From contig JAWQFM010000024.1 of the NCBI GenBank assembly GCA_033442325.1, positions 571,716-635,715 of the forward strand: a DNA stretch of 64,000 nt, in the 5' to 3' direction. The notes beneath the pieces were generated by a model. The model ran no database searches. It was not told the DNA's origin and saw nothing but the letters and a program-made list of their open reading frames with translations. Both the position numbers and the translations under genes were made by a program. Below are positions 28,975 to 42,900 of the stretch, piece after piece (position 1 is the stretch's first letter; each line of letters starts with the position of its first letter). Source of the DNA: Salpingoeca rosetta (lineage: Eukaryota; Protista; Choanoflagellata).

Positions 28975-31022
28975 GCACACACAAACAAGCTCCTGCACAC
29001 ACATCCGCTCACCACTACCTACCAACGACGACGTGTCCATCTGGTGCTCTGAACTGCACGCCATACGAGTAGAGGGTGCGCTGCTGGCAGTTGACCAGCT
29101 CTGCACCAAACACGGTGGCGCACCGAAACTCCCACAGCCGATCCCGTGCGGTGGCATCGTACGTTGTCGTCATTCCAGCCAGGTCTGAAAGTGGTTGAGG
29201 CAGCATGATGTCGAGTTGGTGAGTGCAAAAGGCCAAAGCACCACGGAAGCGGCACCGAACAGCATGCGTCCGTACACTTGCATGCTTGCACGTGTTACAT
29301 TGCACGCAGCATACAGCACGTGCGCGCACATGAGGTGCCGTCGGGGCATGTGAAGGAGAAGTCCTCTTGGAGCTGATGGACATCCTCGTGTTTGCTCCAC
29401 AGACGGGGGGAGTCGTTGCTGCCAATATCACTGCAAATGATGTCCCAGTTCACACGATCTGGGTACGAATCAACACAATGGCATGCCAGTACACAGGTGA
29501 GTGGTGGTGGTGGTGGGTATGATTGTTGTGAAGGTAGTTGTTGTGAAGGTATGGATGTGTGCTTGGGAGGTGGAGAGTGATAGCGTAGCAAGCAGTTCAG
29601 GAGGCTGCAGTGAGCAGAACCAGAGCGCATGACAGCGTCGAAGTTAAGTCGTCAAATGAGAAAACACAGCTGCGTCCATGCAGATCAAGAGGATCAGCAC
29701 GTGTCCTTACCGTATCCACTGCCATACTCCGAATAAAGGCCAACCACGCCCTGGCCACTGTCGCACATGAGCGAAAACGGCCTCGTCTGAGCGGTCGCGG
29801 AGAGGCGAGCTGTCAGGGCAACCACCGGCACGAGCAACGCAGATGACGCGAGGCCGTGAGCGCACTCATGCATGCACTGCATGCAAGCAAGCAAGTGGGC
29901 AAGCAAGCAAGTGGGCAAGCGGGCGAACAAGCAAAGAGAGGAAAACGCAACGCACGAGACATTCCGCAGGGAAGAACGCAGGGGCAAGCATGGGTGGAGT
30001 TAATTGCTGCTCACCATCGCAGCGATCTTGCTGTCCGCTCCAAACACCAGTCGCGCCGTCTTGCTGGCACGTGCGCAAATTCAAGCCTCCAATGGCGATT
30101 TGAAAGCCGTTGTCACAGCCGTTGTAATAGCACGTGTCACCTGAACACAACGAAGAGGAGCAAGAGACAAGGGGCGGGGAGGGAGAGAAACAGCGTGCGT
30201 GCGCATGAGTACCAGGGAACGCAGGACAGAGAGGCCACCCAGGTCGGGCCCAGCAGAGCAGTCACAAGCAGCAATTGAAGCAGCCGTTGGCGATGCTCGC
30301 ATGCGCACCTGCCTGCCTGTTTGCACCATCAACTTACCAAGGTTCCCAGAACATTGGCCGCCAACGCTGCCATGGTTGAGCTTCAGAGGCGGGCACTTGA
30401 CGGCTGTCATCGTGTGTACACACAGCACAATGTCAGCATGAGTGAATTGAAAGGGCGCAGACAGACAGACAGACAGACAATTGGACCTTGAGATGCACGA
30501 CGGGGTTCAGCACAATGCAAACACGCAAGCAAACACGCAAGCAAATGACCTTCGCATGTTGGAAGATCGCCGCTCCACATGAGCTCCCCATCGACCTCTG
30601 TGCACGTGACGGTCGTTGTGCCGCTGTTGGATGGCCAGTAGCCGCTCGAGCACGCATCGAGCGTGCACGTGTCACCAACTAAACGAGCATAGTAGGGCAG
30701 GGTGAAGTTTGGTGGTGGGCGTTGCACTCGTAAGTTGTATCGAATCGATCACATTATGGTTGTTTCAAACTGGTCTCCATCGCAAAACATGCGTGATGCG
30801 TGGTATTGGTTGCGCTTACCTGAGAGGCCGTCGCACTGGCCAGCCACCTGCCCATTGACCACTGACAGGGCAGGGCACCGAATGCCTACAACATCGACAA
30901 TACCGAGGGCATCAACTTTGTGAGAACGCGTCAAGAACAGGGCTGAACTTGCACAAGTGCTCCATCAGGGCGCAGGGATGACTGCTGCAAAAACCTGACA
31001 CCCACCCACACCCACGCACGCA

Positions 31023-31110
<88 letters not shown>

Positions 31111-32447
31111 AGGTGGACGAGTGCACAAAACACATGGGACCAGAACTGCGCAAAGGAGTTACGTACGCTCGCAAACAGGAAGGGATCCACTCCAAGATCC
31201 GTCTGGGTTGCACGTGATTGCGGTGGTGTCGCCAATCTGACGGTAACCGGTGTCGCAGCTCACAAAGGAGCACTGATCGCCTGCGGTGGATGAATGCATG
31301 GCAGTAAGGCGGCGGACGTAAGGAGGTCAGCACAACATTAGACTGGGCCGTCCACGCGTGCATGCGCACGTGCACATGCCAATTGTCCCAAGGGGAAGTC
31401 GTGACATCAAGATGACAATACACACGTGCAAACGCATGCACTCACGCACACGCATGTACACATTCTCCTTCTTCACGCGTACCTTCACGGCCGTAGCAAG
31501 TACCGGAAACGGTGCCAAATTGAACGGAAATCTCGGGACAGATGAGCGCTGTTGGTGCATCGAAGGAGTTGGGGGGGGGGGGCGGGGAGGAGAGGTAAGG
31601 GTTCGTTTGGTTTTGGATGAGCATCTGTGTGCGTGTATGTGTGTGCATGCATAAAACGAGGTTGCAAGCAGATGACCCAGGGCTTGTCGACACTGGCAAT
31701 AAAGTGATATGTTTCTCACGAATGCAGCCGCGTGCGCCGTCGTAGAAGAAGCCGTCGTCACATTGCACCTGAAGAGGAAAGACGGAGACAGGTGAGACAG
31801 AAATTGTCGATTCAGTCAAATGCAATGCAGTTTTAGAGTGCACACGCGCACACGCACACATGCACGAGGAGACATAACCACACATGAACGCAGGCAATAC
31901 ACAGTCCCACGGTACGATGCTCACGCGGCAGAGTTTGTAGGTGAAAGCGCGATCGTTCTGGCTTGCGCCGAATGTGGTAGAAATGCCTATGATCCAAAAA
32001 AGTGGAAAGGAACTAAGCGTCAGCGAATTGCATCACCAGAGGACAACGACTGACAGCGGGGGCGCGTTTGTGTCCGATTGGTGAAGGTCGCCACGCGCAC
32101 ATGCACAAGGGCACGTGCCCCAGCACATAACCCACTCGTGCTCACAGCAGATGGAACAAAACCACGCACAGAACACAAACGAAATGCAAACCAACCACTG
32201 ACACACCTGCAAACACGCGGTTAGTTCCAGCATTAAAACCCGTGTCGGCGTCGAACGCGTTGGGGCCCACTGTAACGCAGTCCACCAAAGTCGCTCCTGT
32301 GATGTACTGGCATTGGAAGCTGTACACCCGGTCCAGGCTTTCAAACACATACGATGACTTGACAGCTCGAATGTCTGTGTGTTTTTGTTTGTGTTTGTGA
32401 TTATGTGCGTGTGAAAGGTGTGTGGACGTGTGAAAGGTGTGTGTGAA

Positions 32448-32497
<50 letters not shown>

Positions 32498-32771
32498 TGC
32501 ACGTGGCATTTGACGGTGTTAAGAATGGCGTGTGAATGAAACGAGGTGACTGCCAGCACGAGAAAGCAGCAGCTTTGAGGAGCAAGCAGCGCGCATAATC
32601 CCCCCAAGTACTGACAGGAGTTTGGTGGGCAGTCGTAGGAGAAGGCTGCACGCAGCTGGTTGTAGGTCGGCTGGCTAAACGCGACCAGATTGCCATCAGT
32701 GGGACCACCAATGTTGTCGGCGCACAGGAAGCGCCAACGACGATCCTCCTGCATCAGTGGAGGGGGAGGGA

Positions 32772-32819
<48 letters not shown>

Positions 32820-33451
32820 AAGGTGCAACAGAAAGGTAATGGTATGTCGAGGAAAGGAACACGCTTGATGCGTGTGACAAACACAGCTGTGGTGCGCGGA
32901 AGCAATAACACAACATGCGTGCTGGCTCACATTGGCCGAGTAAGCCGCCATTCGCACGAGCGCCTGTCCCGTCGGGCAAGCAGCATGGAAGCCCCCGTGA
33001 ATGTTGAACTTGTACGTGTAGCTGGTGTCGATCGTGGTTGGAGTCAGCGCTGCGTGTTCGCGCGTGTGTGAGGGTAAAGAGGCACGTCAGGTCATGAGTG
33101 AGTTTGACGGAGATGTAGCGTTGGTAAAGGTTTCAGGTCAACACCCAAGTGCAGTTGCATGCATGTACACACGCAAACATTCGAAAGCACGCGAGAACAC
33201 ACACACGCATAAGGTAACTTACTGATGCATCTGCGACCAGAATTCACATAGTCAAATGCAAGGTTGCAGACAATCTGCAAGGGCAAGAGGAGGAGGGGCA
33301 GGGGAGGCGATGACAGTGCAAGGACACGTACATGAGGAAGAGCAATTGTACGAGCATATATGTGGGCAGCAGGCACTCAAACACACGCACGCACGCACAC
33401 ACATACATACATACATACAGACAGACAGACAGACAGACAGACAGAGAGGCA

Positions 33452-33503
<52 letters not shown>

Positions 33504-33804
33504 AGCATACATAATCCTGACCTCGCAGGTAGCGACCTGCCACCGCCTGTCAAATGTGGAGTAATGATAGTAGGGGGTTCCGAACAAGGAGTAGCCAGTG
33601 ATGTACGTCGAGTCCTGGTAGGACCTGACGCCTGCACGTGAGGAGGGCATGATGACGATGATGATGATGATGATGATACCAGGCGCACCAGACAGGTACG
33701 TGGACAGCCGCGCAGGGTAGCACCTGCCCACTGTCACATATCACACAGCGACACCGACACATGCCCATGTCACATCACCGGCGCAAACACGCCTCACCCC
33801 CCCC

Positions 33805-33861
<57 letters not shown>

Positions 33862-34567
33862 GCACACCTGTGATGACCCGACGTCCGCCCGAGTTGTAGT
33901 TGAAGCTTCCCGTGAAGCCGTTGAGGTATCCAGTGGTATAGCAGCCACGGAAGTACGTGTATGCTGAGCGGCGGCACTCCCAGTGGAACACGCGGTCTTG
34001 GTAGTAGTTGTTCACCGCTGACTCCATTGTGATGAGGTAGTACTGATTTGGGCAGTAGTACGCGATGGACTGGGTGTACTGGTTGTAGTTGAAGGCACCA
34101 GAGCCAACAACATCAGCGGTTGGAAAGGCGCCAATCTGATCGTAGCCGAAAGCCCATTGGCGATCCTGTATCAGAATGAAACAACAACAAAAACGCGTTG
34201 CAAGGACATGTGAGTGTCATGGATGCAAGGAGAAGCAAAGGCACACACGCGCACACACTGGGGCATCGCCCATCCAACACGGTCAGCACACACACGCACA
34301 CGCACACGTACACACACGCACACACACACACACACACGCACACACGCACACACGCACACACACACACACACACACACGCTGCAAGCATACCGCGTAGACG
34401 CTGTTGAAGACACTGCTGATGGATGTGATGCCGGTGCCATATGGGGTGACATAGCGGAAGTAGCAGTCCAGGCAGTTGACATAGCCATCACTCACGCCAG
34501 CCAGAGCGAGCAGGCATGCGCATGCCAGCAGCAAGAGCCTGAGATGCTGCACAACAAGGCCCGCCAT
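25587..34567 (-). CDS. Secreted mosaic protein: ~3 dermatopontin-like units, 4 Sushi/CCP modules, PAN-like domain and C-terminal NHL beta-propeller (~25 exons)
   Basis: Signal peptide [28 protein letters not shown] (exon 34567-34391). Dermatopontin-like repeats [68 protein letters not shown]. Sushi halves such as [17 protein letters not shown] / [28 protein letters not shown]. Last exon 27035-25587 has [13 protein letters not shown] (PAN-like) and NHL repeats GDGG.A..A.LN.P.GIA....[11 protein letters not shown]. No TM seen. Some internal exon borders are approximate. Confidence 0.8.
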
Positions 34568-36078
34568 CGCTCGATCGCGTGGTTAATTGTGTGGCGGGAT
34601 CAGGGGAATTCCGGTGATCTCAAATGCCGATCGCGGCCGAGCACAAGGGCACTCCAACAAACAGACAGACCACACGCACGGAGCGGATGGCTGGCTGCAG
34701 TGTGTGTGGGGAGGATGCCGCCGACAAGACGGGCGGATCGGTGAATGTGCGTCGATGTGTGAGATCGAAAACAGACTTTGACAGGGGAATGCGAGAAAGG
34801 AAAGGTTGTTATGTGTGGCTGATTGGCCGGCTTGGAAGGCTTGTGGCTGGTTGATGTTTGACAAGCGATCGAAAACCAGGTGGAGTGGAAAATGAACGCA
34901 CACGGTCTTGGCACGCAAAGAGAAGAAGAATTCGCGGCGCTTGCTTGCCGCTTGCTTGCCGCTTGTTGCTTGGTTTGCTGGGTGTTTTGCTGTTGTTTTG
35001 GGTGCAAAGCACACACACAGACAGCAGCAAGAAGCAAGGAGCAAGACCGTGAGAGGAGCAAAAGCACGCACGCACGCACGCATGCACAAAGCACACAAAG
35101 CACACGCACCCGCCTCAATCAATGATGCCAAACAACCGTTGCGGTGGAGGAACAACAACAAAACGAAGGGAGGAACGCATACCGAAGTGGGACACTTTGA
35201 AGCCAGTCGGTTGAGGGCAGATCAGTGAACAACGCTTGGATAGGTCGTGGCGTTCAAGAATAGTGATGGAAATCATATATGAATATTCTCCATATCCTTG
35301 AAGATGTTGGGCAGGACCTTCCTTGAGTTGCGAAACGGAACTCACTAACGGCAAGCAACCCAACCCAAGGTGGACACAACGAACAACCGCAACTTAGCTG
35401 CGCCTTGTGTGCGCCTTTTTTTGTGGCGTGCATGCGTGTTTGCGACGTTGGGAAGGAGGAAGGCAACAAGGAAGAGGAACGCTTATTGTTGTTGTGCGTG
35501 CGTGCTTGCTCCACTTGCTTTGTGTGAGGCACAAAACATTCGTTGTTGCCACTCCTCTTCTCGTGCTTCTTGCTTGCCTCGTTCCTCCTTGGTGGCTCAC
35601 CTTGGTGTTGTTGTGCACAACAACAACCACTCAACGAGTGAGCAAGTGTTCAAATACCGCTCCACCCAAACGGCAACCACCCAACAACAAGCAAGCAAGC
35701 AAGAAAGAAAAAGACAAGCGATCGCCGACACGAGCACAGACACACGCACGCTCAACACAATCAGGTGCGGCATTTTCTTTTCTGCTCGATCGCATCAACA
35801 TCCTCCACCCGATCAAAGCGCACACACACACACATACATACACGCACGCACACACACACATACACACACGTACGCACATAAGCGCACGCACACTGCGTTG
35901 TTTGGCCTCATTGTGTGGCCGATCCCGCACCCCTTCATCCGTTCGATTCTTGTCTTGACGCTGATTGTGCCGATACTTGCCCGCTCGCAGAGCTCTGGTT
36001 CCTCTGGTCTTCTGGTGAAGGCATCAGCACAGGTGCAGCCGATCCATCGTCGCTTTGTCGTCTGCGATCGCAGCCACC

Positions 36079-36871
36079 ATGGCGGTGTCGTTCGCGGCCA
36101 CTGCGGCCGGCATCGTGACCGTCCTTGTCTTGTTCACCACGGCTAAAGTCAATGCAACAATCTCATACATCAACAACTTGGACGCTCCCCGTCAGTCTGC
36201 TTGTTTTCTGCCCGCGCACTTGTGTGTCCATGTTCGTCAGACTCTGTGTGTGTGTGTGTGTGCCTGTGTGTGTGTGTGTGTGTGCCTGTGTGCCTGTGTG
36301 TGAATGCCTATGCCTGCGTGCCGGTACCTTGTGCCTGTGTGTGGATGCAGTGGTCATACACACACACACACACTCACACACACACACACTCACACACACA
36401 CACTTGTTTCCTGCTGGCTTCATCCCTGTTGGTTGAGTGCAGTTTCTTTTCGGTGCGGCACTGGCCAAGGAATCTACGCCGTCAACAGGTACGCGCGTGT
36501 GTGCGTGTGCGTGTGCGTGTATGCACTTGTGCGCACGTACACATGTACGTCGATTGTCCTTAGTTTTGTAGTTGGAGGCCATGTTGCGGGCTGGTTGTGG
36601 AGTTGCGCAGCATGCTCCGCCTCTGACGAGTGCTTCACCATGCATCCCATGCGCTGCTCCAATAATTGATGTTCTGTGTTTGATCTCATCAACCTGCCAT
36701 CCCACTTTCGTGTGTCTGTGCCTCGTTGAATCTCGCCGCAACGTACAGCTACCACGACAATGCTCGCGTACGTTTCCTCTGTTTGCTGATTGTTCGCACT
36801 CACATGCAGCAGGCATGCTCGGGCTAGCTTGTCACGTTTACCTCCTGAATTCCTTTTTGCAACAATCTCCT

Positions 36872-36963
<92 letters not shown>

Positions 36964-37622
36964 CACACACACACACACAAACACACACACCATCAAACAC
37001 ACGCACAAACACACACACCATCAAACAGGAGGACCGGTCATGGGCATTCTCGTGCATGCAATATGGTACCCCGCAGTCTGGAACATTTACCACTGAGGTT
37101 ACCGGCTATGTCAACGCCTGGGACGCACCCCTGGACTACCAGTGCAACACCAACTTCTTTCTGAGCGGTGCCAACAGTTATCATGGTAAGCGCAAAGCAA
37201 TGACTTGCTCCCGTGCTGAAGCGCATGCTGTGCTGCTGAAACTGCAATGAACTCCACCGTTTGCACACATCCAACTGCTGCTCCTAACCCCTCCCCCCCC
37301 CCCGTTGAGCGCAGCATCATGTTCCCCATCACCTGTCTTGCATTACATCGCGTTGTAACAGCACACTTCAACCCCATCCATCTGTGTGTTTCGTCTTTCT
37401 TGCAGACAACCATCGTGAAGACAGGCGCTGGTCTTTCGAGTGCACACGCATCCAGGGTGCCACACTGTCTGGTTGTTCAAAGACAGGGTACTTGAACGAC
37501 TGGGACCAGCCCCTTGCCTTCACCCCTTCCGATGGCTTTGCCGTCACAGGCGCGTTCACTGTGTGTGTGTGTGTGTTTGCGTGTACGTGTGTGTGTTTGC
37601 GTGCGTGCGTGCGTGTGTGTGT

Positions 37623-37704
<82 letters not shown>

Positions 37705-38455
37705 ACCAGCTTCCTTCCTTCCTTCGCTGTGGTTTGAATTTGCTTGTGCCTATTTTTCTGCGGGTTGTTTCCGTTGTGCTTGCTCCGTACCCGCCTCACT
37801 TGCATTGTTTTGTTGTTCTTTGCTTCATGTCCCGTCCTCTCCCCTGTCTTAACCTGACCTACCTGCACGGCTGTCCAACCGCTGCACCAACCCTCGGTCC
37901 TCTCTTTCCGTCCTCCTTTTTCGCGCCCGAATGTTTCGTCTTCTCCGTCCTCTTGTTGTGCCGGTCCTCCATTCTTTGATATGCCATTGTCGTTAACAAT
38001 GCCACGGCTTCCACGTCGCACATTATGTGATGGTGTGCATCTCACGTCACCCTCTGCTCATGTTGGCTCTCCGACATACATGTACACCGCCACACAACTA
38101 ACCACTGCACATGTACACCAAACCACACACACCCATTTTCCACCTGACAGGGTTCGCCAGTGTTCACGACAATGGCAGGGAAGATCGCAGGTGGCAGGTG
38201 TACACCTGCAAGGTAAGCACCTGCACACATGTCGCGCTATGTGTCTCTCAACACTTTGCTTGCAAGCAAGGCCGAGCGGCTCTTTGTTTGTTTGTCAGTT
38301 GTCGTGCGTGCCGCATCGGCATCTCAATTCAATTATCCGCACACATACACATACACATACTCTGTCTGTCTGTCTCTCTCTCTCTCTCAACAATCACGAC
38401 GACGACGACAACAACAACAACAACAACAATAATAACAACAACAACAACAACAACT

Positions 38456-38489
<34 letters not shown>

Positions 38490-39194
38490 CTTAAACAACA
38501 ACAACAACAACCACACCACCACCACCAAAACCAGGTTGACTGCGACCGTAACAACGGCTATGTGCCCTCTGGCAAGGCGGAGTGCACTCGTGAGTCCAAG
38601 CTCGTCCTGCATCCTTGCCTGCAAGCACGAATGTGTTCAGCACGTAAATGCAGTTGTGACAACCTGTGTTCTCTGTACAACTGCGATGGCTTGCTGTCAC
38701 GCAACTCACAACCCCATTTGCACCTGCCTTTGTTGTTGCTTGCTTGTCACCGAATATACCAGGCGTGACCTGCGGTGCTCTTTCGCTGGCACATGGAACT
38801 CTGAGTGGTACCTGCAATGGCAACTTTGGTACGTCGCACAACCTCAGGCGATATCTTGCATGTCATGCTCAAGTGTGAGCGTATGCAGTTGTGTGCGTGT
38901 GCGTACGTGTGTGGTTGCGCACGAACAAGTCTTGTCCGGGTGCTTGCTGCCGCACACGCATTCCCTGATTGATTCATATGTCACAATCACAGGCGACAAG
39001 TGCACGTACCAGTCGTGCGATTCCGGGTTTCAGCTAAGCGCGTCCGGCACAGTCGGTGCGCGTGAATGCGTCGTCTCGGGGTATTCTGGCAGCTGGACCG
39101 GATCAGCACGCACATGCGATGGTACGTGGCGCGCGTGCATGTTCATTTGTGTGTGTGTGTGTGGGTGCGAGTGTGTCTGAGTGTGCGTGTACGT

Positions 39195-39264
<70 letters not shown>

Positions 39265-39833
39265 GGTGTGTGTGGGTGGGTGCGAGTGTGTCTGAGTGTG
39301 CGTGTACGTGGTGTTGTGTAGTGTCGTTCATCTCAAGACGCAAAGCTCATGATGTTCCTCACACCCCATTACGCACGCTTTTCAATCGTACCTTGAACAC
39401 AGACATCAACGAGTGCCTGACGGGCGCCCACGATTGCGTTTCTCCGGCTGTGTGCGTGAACGATGTTGGCTCATTCCACTGCGATTGCCCTTACGGCAGC
39501 CTCGACGGCACTGGCAAAGCGTGTGATGGTGAGTTTCTTTGCACAGCGCATGCCTGCGCGCGTTTGCGCGCGTTCGTGTTGGAGGTGTTGGACGGAAGAC
39601 CCTGACACAACGTGTTTGGTTGTGCCTTTTGGGGTGCGAGTCGCAGCGACAGTTCGTGCAACGCATCCTTCCTGGACAAGCCTCACACATTCCGATGCTC
39701 ATTCACACGCTTTCTCTTCCTGTCCTTTTGTGTATGCGTGCAGCCAACAGCCCCTCCGCATCAGTGAGCTCAACAGCGACTTCACTGACCTTGACTGTTA
39801 CGGGCGCCAGTTCCTTTCCGAAATATGAGGTGT

Positions 39834-39931
<98 letters not shown>

Positions 39932-42900
39932 GGTGGAGGGATGCGTTGTGTATGTACATCAATTGTGCGCACGTGCAAGCGCGCGTCAATTTTGTGTAAG
40001 CGCGTCTTCGTCATGAGTTTGTTTCCGTTTCTCGAATTGTACCTCACAACAAAGTGTAACGGCATCACCCAGGTATCCATTGGAGAGTGGCCTCTCGACT
40101 TGACCCAGCCCACTGTTCTTTCCAACTACCCCGTGCGGATGAACAGCCCTCTGACTCGTTTGGACTTTAACAACCTCAACAGCGGGCGCCGCTTTCAGGT
40201 TCGCGTCGCTTCCCATGTTGCTGTCTACTGTCTCGTTGGTCTGGTTTCGTGGTTCTGGTGTTGTGAAGGTTGTGACGAACGCGGTGTGGCGACTGCGACT
40301 GCTTTATTGTCCGTGTCATCTTCGCCTGACCAGTCTTGTGGACACATGCAGCAGCACTCACAGCACAACGCCTGGATACATCTCTCACATCACCAATATG
40401 CAGATCACCATCACGCCCCTTGACAACAACGACAACTTGGTGTCGGCCTCGCGCTACCAAGGCGGGAACACCGACGGTAGCATCTCCACGCACTGCGGAT
40501 GCATGTCTTCCGACCGAACCGGCGCCCCCACGGCACTTGCCCTTGAGCAGTCGTACGGCAAGGTGCTCTTCTCTTGGACGGACCAGAGCTACTGCGAGTC
40601 TGGCTTTTCCTTCTTCCGCGACAACGTTGGCCTGTCTGCCAACTACGACGTCACCTCGTCGCAGGCGTGCGGCGGCCAACACGAGCCCACGGACGTGTTT
40701 GACGATCTTGCCGTGCAAAAGGACGACGTCTACGCAGGTGTTGAAGGCACGGGCTTCTTTGGTCTTCCCGAGGGCACCGTCTTTGTGCCGGCCGACATTG
40801 ATTCCACGGCAACCCGCTTCGCGTACCCCGTGGAACTCCTCGAAAGTAAGGCCGCTTGCTTGATCTGTTGGCCCTGTGCTTTGGATGCTGTGCCGGCATT
40901 GTTGTTGTTGTTGGTGGTGTTGTTGTTGTTGTTGTTGTTGGTGTTGTTGGTGTTGTTGGTGTTGTTGTTGTTAAAGTCGACCTAGCATTGTTATCTGCAA
41001 CATACTGCGTACTTGCTTTCGTCGGTGCGTGCTCATGGACACACTTTGATTCTTGTGTGTGCTTCCTGTTTGGCGTTGGCAGCTGGACACTTCACGTCCA
41101 CAAGCACTTCTTCCTCCACATCCACCACGTCCTCCACATCGACGTCAACATCGTCTTCGGAAATGACGTCCACATCCACGTCGTCGTCCACGTCCACGGA
41201 GACAACAGCTAGCACAACCGCAGGCCAGGATGTGTTCACAACGCCGGGCATTGCCACCACGACCACAACAACAACGACAACAACGGCTGCGGGCAATGGC
41301 GCAGCCACCACCACAAGCACCGTCGCCAACGAGGTTGAGTACTCCACTGGCATTTCCACGAAGATCGACCGCCGCCAGGAATGCGCCGCGCTGTGCTTGC
41401 AGCGGTCGCAGTGGTGCGTTGGCATTGTTGTGCAGCGAACAAGCGCAGGCCAGCTCGTGTGCCACCAGCTGAAACTCCTTCGCTACACGGCCATCTCGGC
41501 CAACGACGCCAGTGCGGACTCGTACGACATTGTGACGGTGTCTGGCACAAACGTGCAAGGCTCCTACCTGTTTGGCGGGTCCAAGGACGACTGCATGCAG
41601 GCGTGCTCTGCTGACGCCGACTGCAAGATGGTGTACGTCGGAAAGGGCTTCTGCGCCACTGCCAACAGCATGACCAGCACAACCACCAACCCCACCACCT
41701 ACCACGAGAACATTCTCCCAGCGTACTTTCGCCGCTACATCGGCACAGCGCCCGGCTCCACACGCCAGTACTGCGTTGTCGCCACCAACCCGCTTGGCTA
41801 CTCGAGCTCCTCGTATGCCTCAGCGGAAACTTGCCAAGGCCTCACCATCCAAGTGCGTCAAGGGTCTACGAATGCGTGTGTGTGCGTGTGTGTGCGTGCG
41901 TGTGTGCGTGTGTGCGTGTCTTACAGATGTGGCTTAGTTGTGCACGTGGATTGTGGGCGTGTCTGTGAGGCGCCCCTGTGTGCCATGTTGTCACTGCTAC
42001 TGCTGCTGTTACCGCTGGTAACGTGCGGTGTGTCGTGTACTCACCGTTTTATAACTGACACTCCACCACCACCACCACCACCACCCATCATCCTCCATTC
42101 CCCACCCCCCCCCCATCCAAACTGTTCAGTGGGAGGCCGTCGTTCGCGGTCAGGTGAAGATCGCTTCCAACGAGGTTCGCCTTCCTGTCGAGGGCGTCAC
42201 CATCGAGTTTGAGATTGGCGGCGTCACCGGCACCCGAACCACAAACGCGGACGGGTTCTTCGACATCCACGTGCTCACGGACCAGATTGTGACGCTGCGC
42301 GAGACAATGACCATTCGCTTCTTCAAGTCGACCGGCAATATCCAGCACACCTTCTCCTGTGGCGGCAAGCCATGCACAGAAACCACGCTCATTGTTGAAC
42401 ACCTCCGCTTCGACCACGAGGTTGACATCCGCGATACGACTTCCATGCCCTTCTCTGGCCGCGTGACGATCCAGGGCACAGAGCACCCGGGCCTTCCGCA
42501 CGGGTGCCCGCTGCGCGACGCAGAGGTGTGCCTGTACGACCGCAACCAGGGCGACTACGTTGTTGGCTGCGCCATCACCGACGCCAAGGGCTTCTACACG
42601 GCGCAGGCAGTGCTCGGCGCCTCCGTGGGCGTTTCCGTCACGTTCGGCAACTCATCGCACAGCTTCGAGCGCGTCCCCTTTGTTGATGGCACGCCCAACG
42701 CGCCCAGCGGCTACTTCATCCGCGCAGACCCGAGCACGGGCAAGGACGTGCGCACGGCGTACTACGACATTGGCGAGAACAATCTGTGGGAGGGCGTTGA
42801 CTTCCGGGACGTGACGACAGACACAGCAACAGTGGACGTGGCGGGCGGCAAGTGCAACCTCACGCTCGGGCGCGCCACCATCGAGTTCCGCTACGACAGC

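Noticed and set aside
34600-36050. ORFs of 170-260 aa in the divergent intergenic region
   Set aside because: Low-complexity, no coding codon bias or motifs; likely promoter/5'UTR, with no specific element identifiable.
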